From assembly GCA_038087875.1 (NCBI GenBank), contig CM075981.1, positions 60,946,001-61,010,000 of the forward strand: DNA of 64,000 nt. The letters are read 5' to 3'. The position numbers and the translations under genes were made by a program. Within the stretch, counting starts at the first letter, position 1, and each line of letters opens with the position of its first letter. This document shows positions 1-11,630 of the stretch, in pieces. The notes under the pieces were generated by a model. The model had not been told where the DNA came from, searched no databases, and saw only the letters and a program-made list of their open reading frames with translations. This DNA is from Malacoraja senta (lineage: Eukaryota).

Positions 1-325
1 CACCTTTGGTCTTGGCAAATTAGCTTAGTTATTTTGGCTCCACCAAGGGAAGAACTACAGAGGAGCTGATTGATTCATCTAATCATAGTGCAATGCAGCT
101 TTGATATATGTTTGTGTGAACATTTAAAATTTTCCAAGTCACTGTATTCCAGTTTGAACCATAAACGGGTTATATATTTATAGAGATTATCTCTCCAAGG
201 ACATGGAGATCTGCCTATTCCATTATTTTTGTATAGTGGGGTGAAGTTTTGCAATTGACTGAATTGATGTCAGCATCCTGCTTTGTAAATACTAGTGCTC
301 TGCAGCATATTGACACAACATACTA

Positions 326-525
326 NNNNNNNNNNNNNNNNNNNNNNNNNNNNNNNNNNNNNNNNNNNNNNNNNNNNNNNNNNNNNNNNNNNNNNNNNNN
401 NNNNNNNNNNNNNNNNNNNNNNNNNNNNNNNNNNNNNNNNNNNNNNNNNNNNNNNNNNNNNNNNNNNNNNNNNNNNNNNNNNNNNNNNNNNNNNNNNNNN
501 NNNNNNNNNNNNNNNNNNNNNNNNN
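326..525. other. Assembly gap (200 N)
   Basis: Run of exactly 200 N. Confidence 0.99.
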
Positions 526-764
526 ATCATCCCTCAGAACCAGAAAAGAACATTTAATACATATGAGAGGCCCAATGAAGCTAATAGTATCTGAATCTAC
601 AGTAACTCATCATTGTAAAGATATTTTGCAAATTACAACTGGTATTTGTCTCGTGTAAGATTAATTGCCACATATCAACCAGATAAGAATATAGTTGTTT
701 GTCTCTTCCACTCCTGCATATTCTGTCCTGGCATTTCCATGCACATGCAAATCATACCGATTGT

Positions 765-838
765 GGATAATCAGCCATGATCACAGTGAATGGCGGTGCT
801 GGCTGGAAGGGCTGAATGGCCTACTCCTGCACCTATTG
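765..838 (+). mobile_element. CR1-type LINE 3' tail fragment
   Basis: cagccatgatcacagtgaatggcggtgctggc...gaatggcctactcctgcacctatt; reverse complement of the tail at 57870-57945. Confidence 0.75.
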
Positions 839-1844
839 CCCACCTTTTTCCTCGTCATTTGCATCACCTGTCCAATGTCCATTATAATATTTACAGCTGC
901 TGTGATAACATTACCAAGACTTTGGTGGATCTTTGTTAATACACCTGTAGTATAACAAAATGTATATACTCAATTTATGCAGTCATGAATTAAATGTGAG
1001 GTAGTTGTTTCTGAATAGCTGATGTAGAAAATCAAAAAGGTACAAACGGAATCAGTTTATCCATCAAGATCCATCCTATCTCCATCCTTCTGGATTGTTG
1101 TTTTTTAATCGTTAGAATATGCTTATTTCTGTGAAATGCATTTTTAAAATTAGTTTAGAATGCATTATTTTACTATTTAAAGCAATCAGGGGTATGTTCC
1201 TGTTTTTACTTTTATAAAATGTAAACTCATTTCATAAAAGCAAGACTGCACTGTACAGGATATAGTGGGAAATTAGAGAAATCTGACATTTCTGTCCAAT
1301 CCTTAGAAATCAAACCCGGTACAGGAGATCAAATGTATAGTAAAACTCTAATCCACTTTCTGACTTTGGAAATCCTGAGGTTTTGCATCTCAATCAGCAA
1401 GTGTTGTTTCCTGCACCCGTGAAACTTGCTAGGCCCCGTTTTACCACATTCATTGACCATTGGAAAGTTTACTGTAATACTGCATAAAAGTGGATTTCGA
1501 GTGTTGGCGTATTAATAGAAATAACATGCAATAGTACAGAAATCAGACCACCAAAGTCCCAAGCATGTTGAATTGTCAGTTTTACTGTAACTTAACTAGT
1601 AGATGAAAATACTGGGCATGCTCAATCTGAAAGTAAAACTCAATTATGAAAATATTCATCCGATCAGGGACCATGTGATGATCTTCTTCCACATAATTCA
1701 AAAGCTAGATATGAAGCAAATTATCTTTTCCTCAGCTTGCAATGGATCTGTCAGTTGGAGGAATACAGTAAAGTGGGCAGATCTGCTATTTACTTGGAAA
1801 AGAAATGCCTTCTTGGATTACATTACAGCTTTAAATGTCAACAC

Positions 1845-2345
1845 AAGACTGCAGATGTTACAATCTGCTAAACTGGTAGAGCGGGTCAGGCAGCATCTGC
1901 AGAGGCAACAAGATAGTCAACCATTCGAGTCAAGTCTGCATCAGGACTGAAGGTGGAGGAAAGGGTGACAGTAGAAAGAAATGAGGGAGGTGTGAGGCAG
2001 GGGCTAGCAGGTGATGGTGAAGATGATGGGCAGATGGAGCCAGGTGGGGAAGGGGTGGAGTCAGGAAATGGTGGATGTTAGTGATTCTGAATCTGCAGCA
2101 TCTTGCTTCTACTTCTCTACCTCCCTCTGTCAGCTTCCTCTCTATTTCCCCCCCACCCCTCCTAATCTGGTTCCACCTATCACCTGCCAGCCCCTGCCAT
2201 ACCACTCCTCCCACCTCTTTATGCTGGTTATCTTCCCTCCACACTCTGTCTTAATGCAGGTTGTCGACTGGAAACATCAACTATCTCTGCCTCCACAGAT
2301 GCTGCTTGACTTGCTGAATTCCACCAGCAGGATGTTTCTTTGTTC
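1845..2345. mobile_element. Fold-back Penelope-like (PLE) 3'-end remnant
   Basis: Outer arms gcagcatctg...caggact and gtct...cagatgctgc are inverted. A purine-rich half is followed by a complementary pyrimidine-rich half, resembling the PLE 3' UTR at 45150-45590. Confidence 0.65.
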
Positions 2346-2844
2346 ACTTAAAGGACTTTGTACAATCTTAAATAAATCATGACTTTTGAATCTCGTTTGG
2401 CTGATTAGTTGAAACAAACCATTTCATAAACAAACTGTTCCCTGCACACATACAGACTGAAAAATTTCATTGGATTTGCTACTTTTTTTTATCCTGTTAT
2501 TTTTGCATGGTTATTTATCTCTCACATCCCCCACTAGTTTTTTCAGTTTTTGCTTCACACTCACTTGTCGCTTTATGTATTTAGCCTTGCATTCATGAAG
2601 CAAGTACATTCATAAATACTTTTTTTGACTATAAAATTCTTTATTGCATCCTGTAGTTATGAAGTGTTATATAATTTGTTCTATCTTTCACACAATCTCT
2701 TGTTCGGAGCTTTTATACCTTGCTTTGTTTTCGCTGCCAATCTGGCCTCATTAACTAGCTAGCTCCATGACAGTGAGGTCACCATGGCATTGCAGACCTT
2801 GCCCTATCATAGATATTCCCTTTGTCCCATCCTTAGTTTTCATA

Positions 2845-3310
2845 ATGGCGCTAGTTAGCGTTGCTGCCTCACAGGTTCAATGACCAACATAATTTCTGTA
2901 TGCATGTTGCATGTTCTTGCAATTGCATGGGTTTTCTGAGTGCTCCCGCTACCTCCCATATGCCAAAGCTATGATGGTTAGTAGGTTAAATAGCCGTAGA
3001 GTGTGTAGTTCCTTGTGTAGTTTGTGACAGGAGAACTAGAATTTTGTTTTGCGATAGTGGGAAGTTGATGGACATACAAAAGAGAAAATGAAATTAGTGT
3101 AGATGGGTGTGGAAGAACTGCAAATGCTGGATTTATACCAAAGATGGACACAAAATGCTGGAATAACTCAGCAGGTCAGGCAGCATCTCTGGAAAAAAAG
3201 AATAGGTAATGTTTTGGGTCGGAATCCTTCTGGAGACATCACATCGTGCAGATGAGTGTTGGGTCAGTGCGAATTGAAGGGATTGTTTCCGTGCTATATG
3301 ACTCTTTATG
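2845..3310 (+). mobile_element. Degenerate tRNA-derived HE1/V-type SINE interrupted by a PLE-derived short repeat (about 3110-3235)
   Basis: tggcgc..gttgctgcctca..ggttcaa head, central tgcatgttct...tgggtttt...ctccca domain, tail ctgtttccgtgctatatgactct. Confidence 0.6.
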
Positions 3311-4233
3311 CAAATACTTAAATGATTCAGCTGATTTCCACCCACTATAACATCAAATAATTTGTTTTCTAGCTTCATGATGAAAGGTCTTCAACCTGAA
3401 ATGACAACTGTCTTTTTCACAAGTATTGCCTGACCTGCTGCGTGTACTAGCATTTTCTGTTTTTATTTCAGATTTTCAGCGATAGCCGTTATTGTTTAAA
3501 TCTCTATTGAATCTCTCAGTGCTTTACTAAAATTAGTGTCCTATTTTCTTTATTCTATCATGATGACCTATAATTCTACAAACTGGGAATTCATTTCGAA
3601 GCCTTCTTTTCAGTCCAAAGTCAAACTTTAAGCAAACCGAAAATGGGGACAGTATTTTGAGGCTGACTCAGATTTTGAGCAAGGATTAAATAATATGCGT
3701 CTTTAAGAGTCTACATTTAGAAGATGAATCAGCTGATGTGCAGCTAGCTGCCTTTACATTTAATAAATCTGGTTTAATTTAAATTTATTCCTGCAATTCC
3801 ATTTAATCCAGAGATTTACCTGGGTCATGGACTTTGACAGAATTATAGAAATTTTATTTAGCCACAGACAGTTCAAATTAAGTTAAATTATTTTTGAGTA
3901 AATGCGATAGAAACATTTTCATAATGCAGTTCTATTGACCAAGATTTTTATTTTGGTATTACATTGGAAAGGTGCAGTTGTAACTGCCACTGCAGTGATT
4001 TTGCTCTGTATTAATTTTAAAATACCATCATAAATATAGCTTGATTCTGGAACTAGTATTGAGTTCCAAATAGAGTTAACTTTAGTATTCAATCATGCCT
4101 TAACTCTCAATGTCTTCTATCAGTTTAGTGAGGAAATAACCATGGGACAATTTTGCATAAAAATTAGTAATTATATCTAGGAAATTATAGGGATAGGTCA
4201 CCTGCTTTATTAGACCAGTCCTTTATGCTCAGG

Positions 4234-4283
4234 AAGGGCACAGTCATTACTCAATTTAAAGGGCACAGTCATTACTCAATTTA
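4234..4283. repeat. Perfect 2 x 25 bp tandem duplication
   Basis: aagggcacagtcattactcaattta repeated twice. Confidence 0.95.
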
Positions 4284-6229
4284 TAAGAGGCCACATTCTT
4301 ACAAAAACATTTCCTGAAATAAAATTTTGTAAACTGAAAAGGCTGTGTGGAATGTAGTATAGGAAATCTGATGCATTGTATTCTTGTGCTCACTAATCTT
4401 TATAGGACAACATAATTTTGTAAATTGAAGATGCATATCGCAAAACATCAATGTACCTCGAAGATCTGAAACTATTAAATGGGCAAAGAAGTTGGATGAA
4501 GTCTGATCCTAACATAAAGTCATGAAATTAATGCTGGTGTAATTGGAATGACTGGGCTGATTCAAATTCCTTGCAGACATGTTTAAGGAACAATATTTTC
4601 TCCTGGTGAAGTCCACCATTAAATCTATGATATGCCATGTTGCACACAATGGAAATGGGGTTTTAATCCAGCCTTTAGCTATGCCCTTGTTTCAAAAAAA
4701 GTACTTGCTACTGGTTAATTGGGCAGGATATTAAAAAAATCTCTATCCCTGATTAAAAGAGATGCAAGCTATTTTTGGTCTGGTTGTTGTCATTTAAGGG
4801 AAATAAATTAATTGTAATTATTCTCGGGAGTTCATCTTAATTGTTGAAAGGTCCCTTTCCAATTATAGTTGAGCTGCAATAGAGACCAAATGGAAAAAAA
4901 AGAAAGACTTTCTAACCAAGTTTTTACACTTATTGCCCTTTTTTTAAAGACAAAATTAGAACCTGCAGTTATTACTGTTTTTTTTTTTTTTTTTAAAGAG
5001 CCGCTGACATTCTGTTGGATTTTTAAAGAAAATCTAATTTAAACTTTTGACATAGCTTTTGTTCTTATTCCTTGAGGAATAAGTCAATTAAATCTGCAAG
5101 TTGGGGTTTACAAAATGCAATTATGAAATTATGCTTTACGTTTAGTAAGTGCTCTGTAGAAAAATAGTTCTATTCCTAGTTGGCCCAAAAGGAGACCCAG
5201 CCCTCAAAAAAAGAATATTTCCATTATTTTCATTATGTCAAGATTAGTTTGCTAAGTGAACAATAGAATGTGAAAAACTTGAAACTTGCCTTGATCAAAG
5301 AAATTTATCCTGATCTTTATCACTTTATTCTATGGTTTTAGTCCCAGCTGAATAATGGGTGTATTTCTTTGTAAACTAGCGATTTGAAAAGATGGCAATT
5401 GGGCCATTTCATATACTTAAATAAAGACTTTATTTATATACCAGGGTTTTAAATTTTTACTTTAGCACTAAGCTGTCGACAGTCAAGAAAGCAATTAAAG
5501 ACTGGAAGAACTCGGCAGGTCATCTGTGGATACTCAGGGCTCGAAATTAGCGGTTGCCCGGGTGCCAATGACCACCCAAAGTGCCGCTGGGCAACCTAAA
5601 TGCCGAGTCATTTTGCCCGGCTTGGCACTGCAGATGCTGGTTTATACAGTAGATAGACACAAAAAATTGGAGTAACTCAGTGGGACAGGCAGCATCTCTG
5701 GAGAAAAGGAAGTGATGTTTTGTGTCGGCGGCGACGACGTAGTGCGGAGCAAAGATATGGGGTGTGGGGTGACGGAGGGTCGGAGCGAATGACGGGCCCC
5801 GCACAGCAGCGGCCGAAGATCCTATAGGATCTTTGCCAGCGACAGTGGCAGCGATAGCGGATCCTCTTCCTCCTCCAGCACCCCGCCCATCCTGATAGCG
5901 GCCGCTGCTTGTCAATCCGCTAACGGCGATAATCGCTTTCAAAACAAACCCTCCTGCTCGCCGAGGAAGGAAGGGGGAGGCCTCCTTCCGCCGTCTGAAG
6001 CAGCTGCACCGCTCGGCCCCGCACCTTCTGTTGGCTGGCGGAGGAGGGGAGGTGGTGGCGAGGAGATCCCAACTGCCTCCCCCTTTGGCGGCGGCACTTG
6101 GCGGTGGACAGGGACGGGCAAGGCAGTGGGGCGATGATACCTTCCATGTCCGATGAGCGCTGATCTTCCTTCCTCCTCTCTCTCTTTTCCTGGGACCCCT
6201 CCTCTCCACTGATCCCCATTCACGCCTCT

Positions 6230-6770
6230 ATTTCAGTCCTCACTGACATCCCCTGTGCTCCCCTCCCCATCTACCCCCCGCCCCCGCCCATCTATTCATC
6301 CTGCACTGATCTCCCTATCCACCTCGCATTGATTCTCCTGCCACCCCCCCCACCCCCATCCAAACTACACTGGTTACCCAATTCATCCTGTACTCACCCC
6401 CTTTCCCATCCATCCTGCACTGCCTCCCCCCATTCAGCCTGAACTGATCCCCTCATTCATCTTGTAATGATCCCCTCATTCATCCTGTATTGATCCCCCC
6501 CGATCCATCCTGTACTGATTCCCTCATTCATCTTTTACTGATTCCCTCCCATTCATCCTGTACTGATGCCCCCTGTCAATCCCGTACTGATCCACCCCAT
6601 TCAACCCCACTGACATCCCCCGCGCTCTCCCCTCACAATTTTACCTATTCCAACCGACACGCACTAATTCCCCTTCCTCAATCCATCCATCCCGCACCTT
6701 GCCTTCTAACCCCCCCCCCCCCCCCCGCCATCTATCCATCCTGCACTGATTCACCCCCCCGACCCTACTG
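6230..6770. repeat. C-rich imperfect minisatellite (unit about ccattcatcctgtactgatcccc)
   Basis: Repeated cattcatcctgtactgat variants separated by C runs. Confidence 0.8.
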
Positions 6771-7562
6771 TGCTGGAAATGTCTTCAGAGCGAAAATTTA
6801 CTATGTTTCATAACGGAATGCAATCAAAAGTGTTTTAAATCCCAATGTAATTATTTGTTTTAATCCATAAAGATGGGTTAATTAAATTGTGAACACGTGA
6901 AACATTAAAACCGCAATGTTCGATTGTCGCAGCTACCGTTGACACGTTATTACAGAATTCATTTTAACGGCAAATCAATGCTCTTAATATGGAGTATCAG
7001 TACTGTTATTTAATGAGCAACATTCACAACTATACGTTGGATTTATCCAGGTTTTACTTCTACAGTCGGTCATATACATCACAAAGTTGGTCAGGAGATA
7101 TTTAAATTGTAATTTTAACGTTAATTCTGAAGTGGGAATGATGGAAACAGCGTTTATCAATAATTGAAAACAAATCTGGTGCATACAAACTGGGAATCTT
7201 CATTGCTGTTCAGAACACATACATTTAATCTGAATGTCCGGTAATGTAGTGTTTTGACACCTTTAAACATATTACCAAAAGAACATTTGCTGCAGTTATG
7301 TCCTTTGGCCATCTCTTGTCAGTTAGTGTAATGTTTAACTTGTCAGATGGGTATAGTCGGTTTTAACAGCCATTATCATAAAATGCCTTTAGAAATTTCT
7401 TTGCAACCTGTATATTTTGTTGTGGATAAATTATGTGGGAAGCGAGAGTATTTCTGTACCAATAGCAATAACGACCCATGCTATGGCCATGTCATGATAA
7501 TTTTCGGTCCTTCACAGAAAACATGCTTGCATCAATCTGTAGTGTGCATGGTTAAGCATATA

Positions 7563-8343
7563 CAGTGGCTTGCAAAAGTATTCATACCCCTTGAACTTTT
7601 CCACATTTTGTCACGTTACAACCACAAACGTAAATGTATTTTATTGGGATTTTATGTGATAGACCAACACAAAGTGGCGCATAATTGTGAAGTGGAAGGA
7701 AAATGATACATGGTTTTCAAATTTTTTTACAAATAAAAATCTGAAAAGTGTCGCGTGCAAAAGTATTCAGCACCCTTTACTCTGATACCCCTAAATAAAA
7801 TCCAGTGCAACCAATTGCCTTCAGAAGTCACCTAATTAGTAAATAGAGTCCACTTGTGTGTAATCTAATCTCAGTATAAATACAGCTGTTCTGTGAAGGC
7901 CTCAGAGGTTTGTTAGAGAACATTAGTGAACAAACAGCATCATGAAGCCCAAGGAACACACCAGACAGGTCAGGGATAAAGTTGTGGAGAAGTTTAAAGC
8001 AGGGTTAGGTTATAAACAAATATCCCAAGCTTTGAACATCTCACAGAGCACTGTTCAATCCATCATCCGAAAATGGAAAGAGTATGGCACAACTGCAAAC
8101 CTACCAAGACATGGCCGTCCACCTAAACTGACAGGCCGGGCAAGGAGAGCATTGATCAGAGAAGCAGCCAAGAGGCCCATGGTAACACTGGAGGAGCTGC
8201 AGAGATCCACAGCTCAGGTGGGAGAATCTGTCCACAGGACAACTATTAGTCGTGCACTCCACAAATCGGGCCTTTATGGAAGAGTGGCAAGAAGAAAGCC
8301 ATTGTTGAAAGAAAGCCATAAGAAGTCCCGTTTGCAGTTTGCA
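7563..8343 (+). mobile_element. Tc1-family DNA transposon, 5' half (left IR/DR terminus plus transposase N-terminus)
   Basis: TA at 7561-7562, then cagtggcttgcaaaagtattca. The DR tgcaaaagtattca occurs at 7571 and 7756. The ORF from 7942 encodes paired-like HTH motifs (GYKQIS..L.IS.STV..I..KWK, GRPPKL, RTTISR.LH..GL.GRVARRKPLL...H...RL.FA). Confidence 0.93.
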
Positions 8344-8433
8344 ATATGTGAATGCTTCATTGAGCATAATTTGACTGGTAACTACGCACTTCGTTCGAGC
8401 ACATTATCGCACGCGTCATACAAGCCGTCTTAA
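7942..8433 (+). pseudogene. Truncated Tc1 transposase ORF (134 aa DNA-binding domain plus 29 unrelated aa; no DDE domain)
   Basis: ORF track 163 aa; homology stops at RLQFA (8343). Confidence 0.85.
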
Positions 8434-8639
8434 ATTGACCACCTAAACTGTCATTTGGCAAGCTAAAAAGCTGCCAAAGCTGCCCGGCTGGCTACAGGGA
8501 AAAAAAGTTAAGTGAGAGCCCATACACTGTATCTACAGCATTTTGGTTGAGGTCTAAGTATCAGGTTAGTTGCATCAGCACTAAGAGTATAACATGAGAT
8601 GCCCAGTATAATTTACATTCTGCCCGCTACAATCTCGAT

Positions 8640-8762
8640 CCTAATACAGGGTCTCAACCCGAAACATTGACTCTCCCTCTGCCTCCATAGATGCTGCCTG
8701 ACCCACTGAGTTCCTCAGCAGTTTATTTTTTACTCCAGATTCCAGCATCTGCAGTGTCTTGT
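8640..8762 (+). repeat. PLE-derived short repeat (degenerate hammerhead-like core, cagatgctgc, ccagcatctgcagt)
   Basis: gggtctcaacccgaaacatt...atagatgctgcctgacccactgagttc...tccagcatctgcagt. Confidence 0.75.
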
Positions 8763-9069
8763 GAATTCAAAAAAACAATTGAACTGTCTTGTGTTTACTC
8801 TCCTCAATAGCCCTTGAAAAGCCAAATCTTAAATTGATAGAATACTTGAATATGAAGAGAAAGATCAAAGGAAGGAATATTTCACAACATGCAATGGACT
8901 TGAGACTCATTTTTACCCAAGATTTATTTCATATAATACTGTAAACTAACTGGAGTCACTCCATCAAAAAAATTCAATTCTTTATCTTTTAAGAAGGATT
9001 AGCTGCATATATACTTTCAGTTACTGGAATGGGTTTGCAGTGCTTGCAAATTTGATAATAAAATATATA

Positions 9070-9405
9070 GGTGTCAGCTGTGGCTTTGTCAGCACCACTA
9101 TCTTTTTGACTTGGACGACTAAGAAAGTTCCTGAGCTCAAAACATTACTCCCTTGTATTATTGTGCGTTACATTGCCCAAAATGCTGCCTTTAGATGAGA
9201 TGGTCAAATGACCCCTTACCTACTCTCTCAGCTTGATGAGAATATTGAAGATGAGGGCAGTTTTTCATTGTGTTATACAATGTATAATGTACATTGTATA
9301 TTTCCCTTGGTCAATATGATTAAAACAGATTATTTGGATAATAGTATGTTGTTATTTTGGGACCACATGGTTGTAAATTGGTTGCTGCATCTCCTACATT
9401 ACAAG
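9070..9405 (+). mobile_element. Old Deu-domain-like SINE (SacSINE1/AmnSINE1-type)
   Basis: gctgcctttagatgagatgg...ctctcag...aaaacagattatttgg...aaattggttgctgcatctcctacattaca resembles the Deu-domain consensus as remembered. Confidence 0.55.
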
Positions 9406-9409
9406 CAGA

Positions 9410-10115
9410 GTCTCCCAAACGACCTCTGCCAGTTTCCCCCTAATGCCTCTCAAATTAGCTGTGCCCCAATTTAGAACCTTGTGGGTCAGTCCTATCCTTC
9501 TCCATAACTACTTAAATTATGATCACTGGTCCCAATGTGCTCCTCCACTGACACTTCAATCACTTGTTCTATCTTGTTTCCCAAAAGGAGGTTCAGTGTT
9601 CCCTTGCTTGTAGGGCCATATATATTGGTCAAGAAAGATTATTTTGGACACTTAACAAATTCTATCCCAAAAAAGCCCTTCACACTAAGGGGGGGGGGGG
9701 GGGTCAATATTACGGATGTTGAAATCTTATGCTAATACTACCCTGTTAATTTTACGTCAATCTACAATCTCCCTATATATCTGCTCATCTAATTGACGCT
9801 GACTATTGGGAAGCTGCTAATACAATCCCATAAAAGAGATAATTCCCTTCCCGTTTTTAAGTATACCCATCCTGCCTCAGTGGATGATCCCCCAAGAATA
9901 TCCTCTCTAAACATAGTCCTCCCTGACCAAAAAGCCAACCACCCCCTCCCCTTGCATCTCCATCACATCTATGTATCCTGGATCATTGAGCTGTCAGACC
10001 TGGCCTTCTCTCAGCCAGGTTTCTGTTATGGATATAATATCCCAGTGCCCAGGGCCAAACCACACCCTGAGTTCATTCGCCTTACCTATTAAGCCTCTAG
10101 TATTAAAATGAAAGC
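9410..10115 (-). mobile_element. Degenerate CR1 LINE ORF2 APE-endonuclease fragment
   Basis: Minus strand reads (with frameshifts) NTRGL.GKANEL, ISITETWLREGQ, PNSQRQL.EQI, LNLLLGN, HIGTSDHN. Confidence 0.8.
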
Positions 10116-10464
10116 AGTTTAAACCAACTTGTTTCCGTGCACCTGCCAGTCCTGTTTGCTAATGTTGCTCTCTTTGACTACAGTGTTTGTGACAGCCTTG
10201 ACAGATGGGTGCTATATAAATTCTGGTCTTAATTTTGATCCACCCAGCCACATGCACTTCATTTGGTATATTGGAATTCAAGTGTAGTTTTACATACTTG
10301 TTATGTAACTATAATAGTTGTAACGATTCTCAGAAATTCCTTGCAATACAACATTCGTGAGATACCAGGTTTGCTCTTGTTGGTATCTTGTACTGTCTGT
10401 GAAATGTGCCAAAATAAATAAAAGGCCATTTGTCAAAATATTTTTTTCTATTGATTTTTAACAG

Positions 10465-10551
10465 CTATGGTGGGAGCAGGCAAGATATATTTTGATGCCA
10501 TTTCGAAGTTAGGAGAGATGAGTTCACAATCGCCAGTGTCCAGAGAACTGG
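10465..10551 (+). CDS. BAIAP2L1: BAIAP2L1 coding exon (about exon 3), I-BAR domain: (A)MVGAGKIYFDAISKLGEMSSQSPVSREL(G)
   Basis: ttttaacag acceptor, G|gtaag donor, 87 nt, phase 1-1; similar to human AMILAGKAYYDGVAKIGE...SPVSTELG. Confidence 0.93.
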
Positions 10552-10739
10552 GTAAGAGCACAAACTACCTGATCCTTTTTGTATCTCAACTGTATTTATA
10601 ATCGTACTACTATTGTTAATATAATTATTTTATTCTCCTCACGCTCAACAACTTCCCAATCGTTCTTCACCCCTCCACCCCAAGATTTTACCACTCGCCA
10701 AGGTGCAAAGTTACAGTGCAATTGATGTACGAACCCTCA

Positions 10740-10885
10740 GGGGATATGGGAATCGAACAGAACATCCATAGGAAGCCCATTCCATCACAGGAAGTACATG
10801 CAAACTCCATGCAGCAAGAAATCTGAGATCAAGAATGAACCTGAGCTTCTGGCACTGAGGGACAGCTGTTCTACCAGCTGTGCCA
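10740..10885 (-). mobile_element. HE1/V-type SINE 5' fragment
   Basis: Reverse complement tggcacagctggtagaacagctg...ggttcattcttg...tggagtttgcatgtac. Confidence 0.65.
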
Positions 10886-11034
10886 ACAGAGTGGAAAAAA
10901 AACAAGTTGCAGAAGGCAGGTTAGGGCGTATTGGACAAAAGGAATATTCTCTGCACTGCATATTTTGATGCTTTGCAGAACACCTATATTCATTCTGCAA
11001 TGGTGATCCTGCTCTTCCAGTTACCTGTCACTTT

Positions 11035-11462
11035 AGGGTGGCACAGTGGCGCAGCTGATAAAGCTGCTGCCATACAGAGCCAGAAACCCTAGTTCGATCC
11101 TGACCTTGGGTGATGTCAGTGTGGAGTTTGCACGTTCTCCCTGTGACTGTGTGAGTTGCTTCCAGGTGTTCCAGTTTCCTCTCATATCCTCTCATATCCC
11201 AAAGTTTGTGGGCTTAAAAGAAGGACAAAAAGTGCTGGTGCAACTGAGCAGGTCAGACAGCATTTCTGGAGGACATGAATAGGTGATGTTTCAGGTCAGG
11301 ACCATTCTTCAGACTACTTCAGGGTTTGTAGGTTAATTGGCCTCTGTAAATTAACGTTAATGTGTAAGGAATGTATGCAAAAGTGGGATAACATAGAACT
11401 AGTGTGAACAGGTGATTAATGGTCTGCGTGGACTATTTCCATGTTGTATCTTTAAACTAAAT
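11035..11462 (+). mobile_element. tRNA-derived HE1/V-type SINE with nested PLE-derived repeat (about 11210-11320)
   Basis: A-box tggcgcagctg, B-box gttcgatcc, central tgtggagtttgcacgttctccc domain, CR1-like tail ending taaactaaa. Confidence 0.8.
11285..11312 (-). ncRNA. Minimal type-I hammerhead-ribozyme-like motif (PLE-associated)
   Basis: CUGAAGA-A-UGGUC-CU-GACCU-GAAA-CA-UC; core boxes intact, AUC triplet. Confidence 0.5.
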
Positions 11463-11499
11463 TAATTCTCCATATCTCAAACTCTCTCGGACTTGCTAA

Positions 11500-11630
11500 T
11501 CTGTTGCTTCCCATACTGTTTCATCTAAACCCAACAAAAACAACAAAAGCTTGAAGCAGATCCTCATTTTCCATCTATGCACATTGCTTTCTTTGTGACT
11601 CAATACAGAACTCAGCAATTTCAGACGGAC
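11500..11630 (+). mobile_element. Degenerate PLE ORF C-terminus fragment
   Basis: caaaagcttgaagcag.tcctcattttccatcta..cacattg...ctcaatacagaactcagcaatttcaga, resembling KLEEQ.LIF.L.TL...LN.E.SNFR. Confidence 0.5.

Larger units (their letters stand above)
5535..8522. mobile_element. Putative ~3 kb composite non-autonomous hAT-like element
   Basis: Left end cagggctcgaaatta and right end ttaagtgagagccca form an imperfect TIR. Subterminal motifs tgcccgg, gaccacc.aaa and gtcattt.gc occur at both ends. No clean 8-bp TSD. Confidence 0.5.

Noticed and set aside
249-594. ORFs spanning 249-594
   Set aside because: Artefacts of the 200-N gap.
5547-6223. 220-aa and overlapping minus-strand ORFs in the GC-rich block, or a CpG-island promoter of a host gene
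   Set aside because: Low-complexity, GC-driven open frames crossing repeat boundaries; no recognisable domain; lies inside a putative composite TE.
1-10464. Search for BAIAP2L1 exons 1-2 (…MEQFNPGLRNL…)
   Set aside because: No matching coding segment with splice sites was seen; probably upstream of the window or in the gap.
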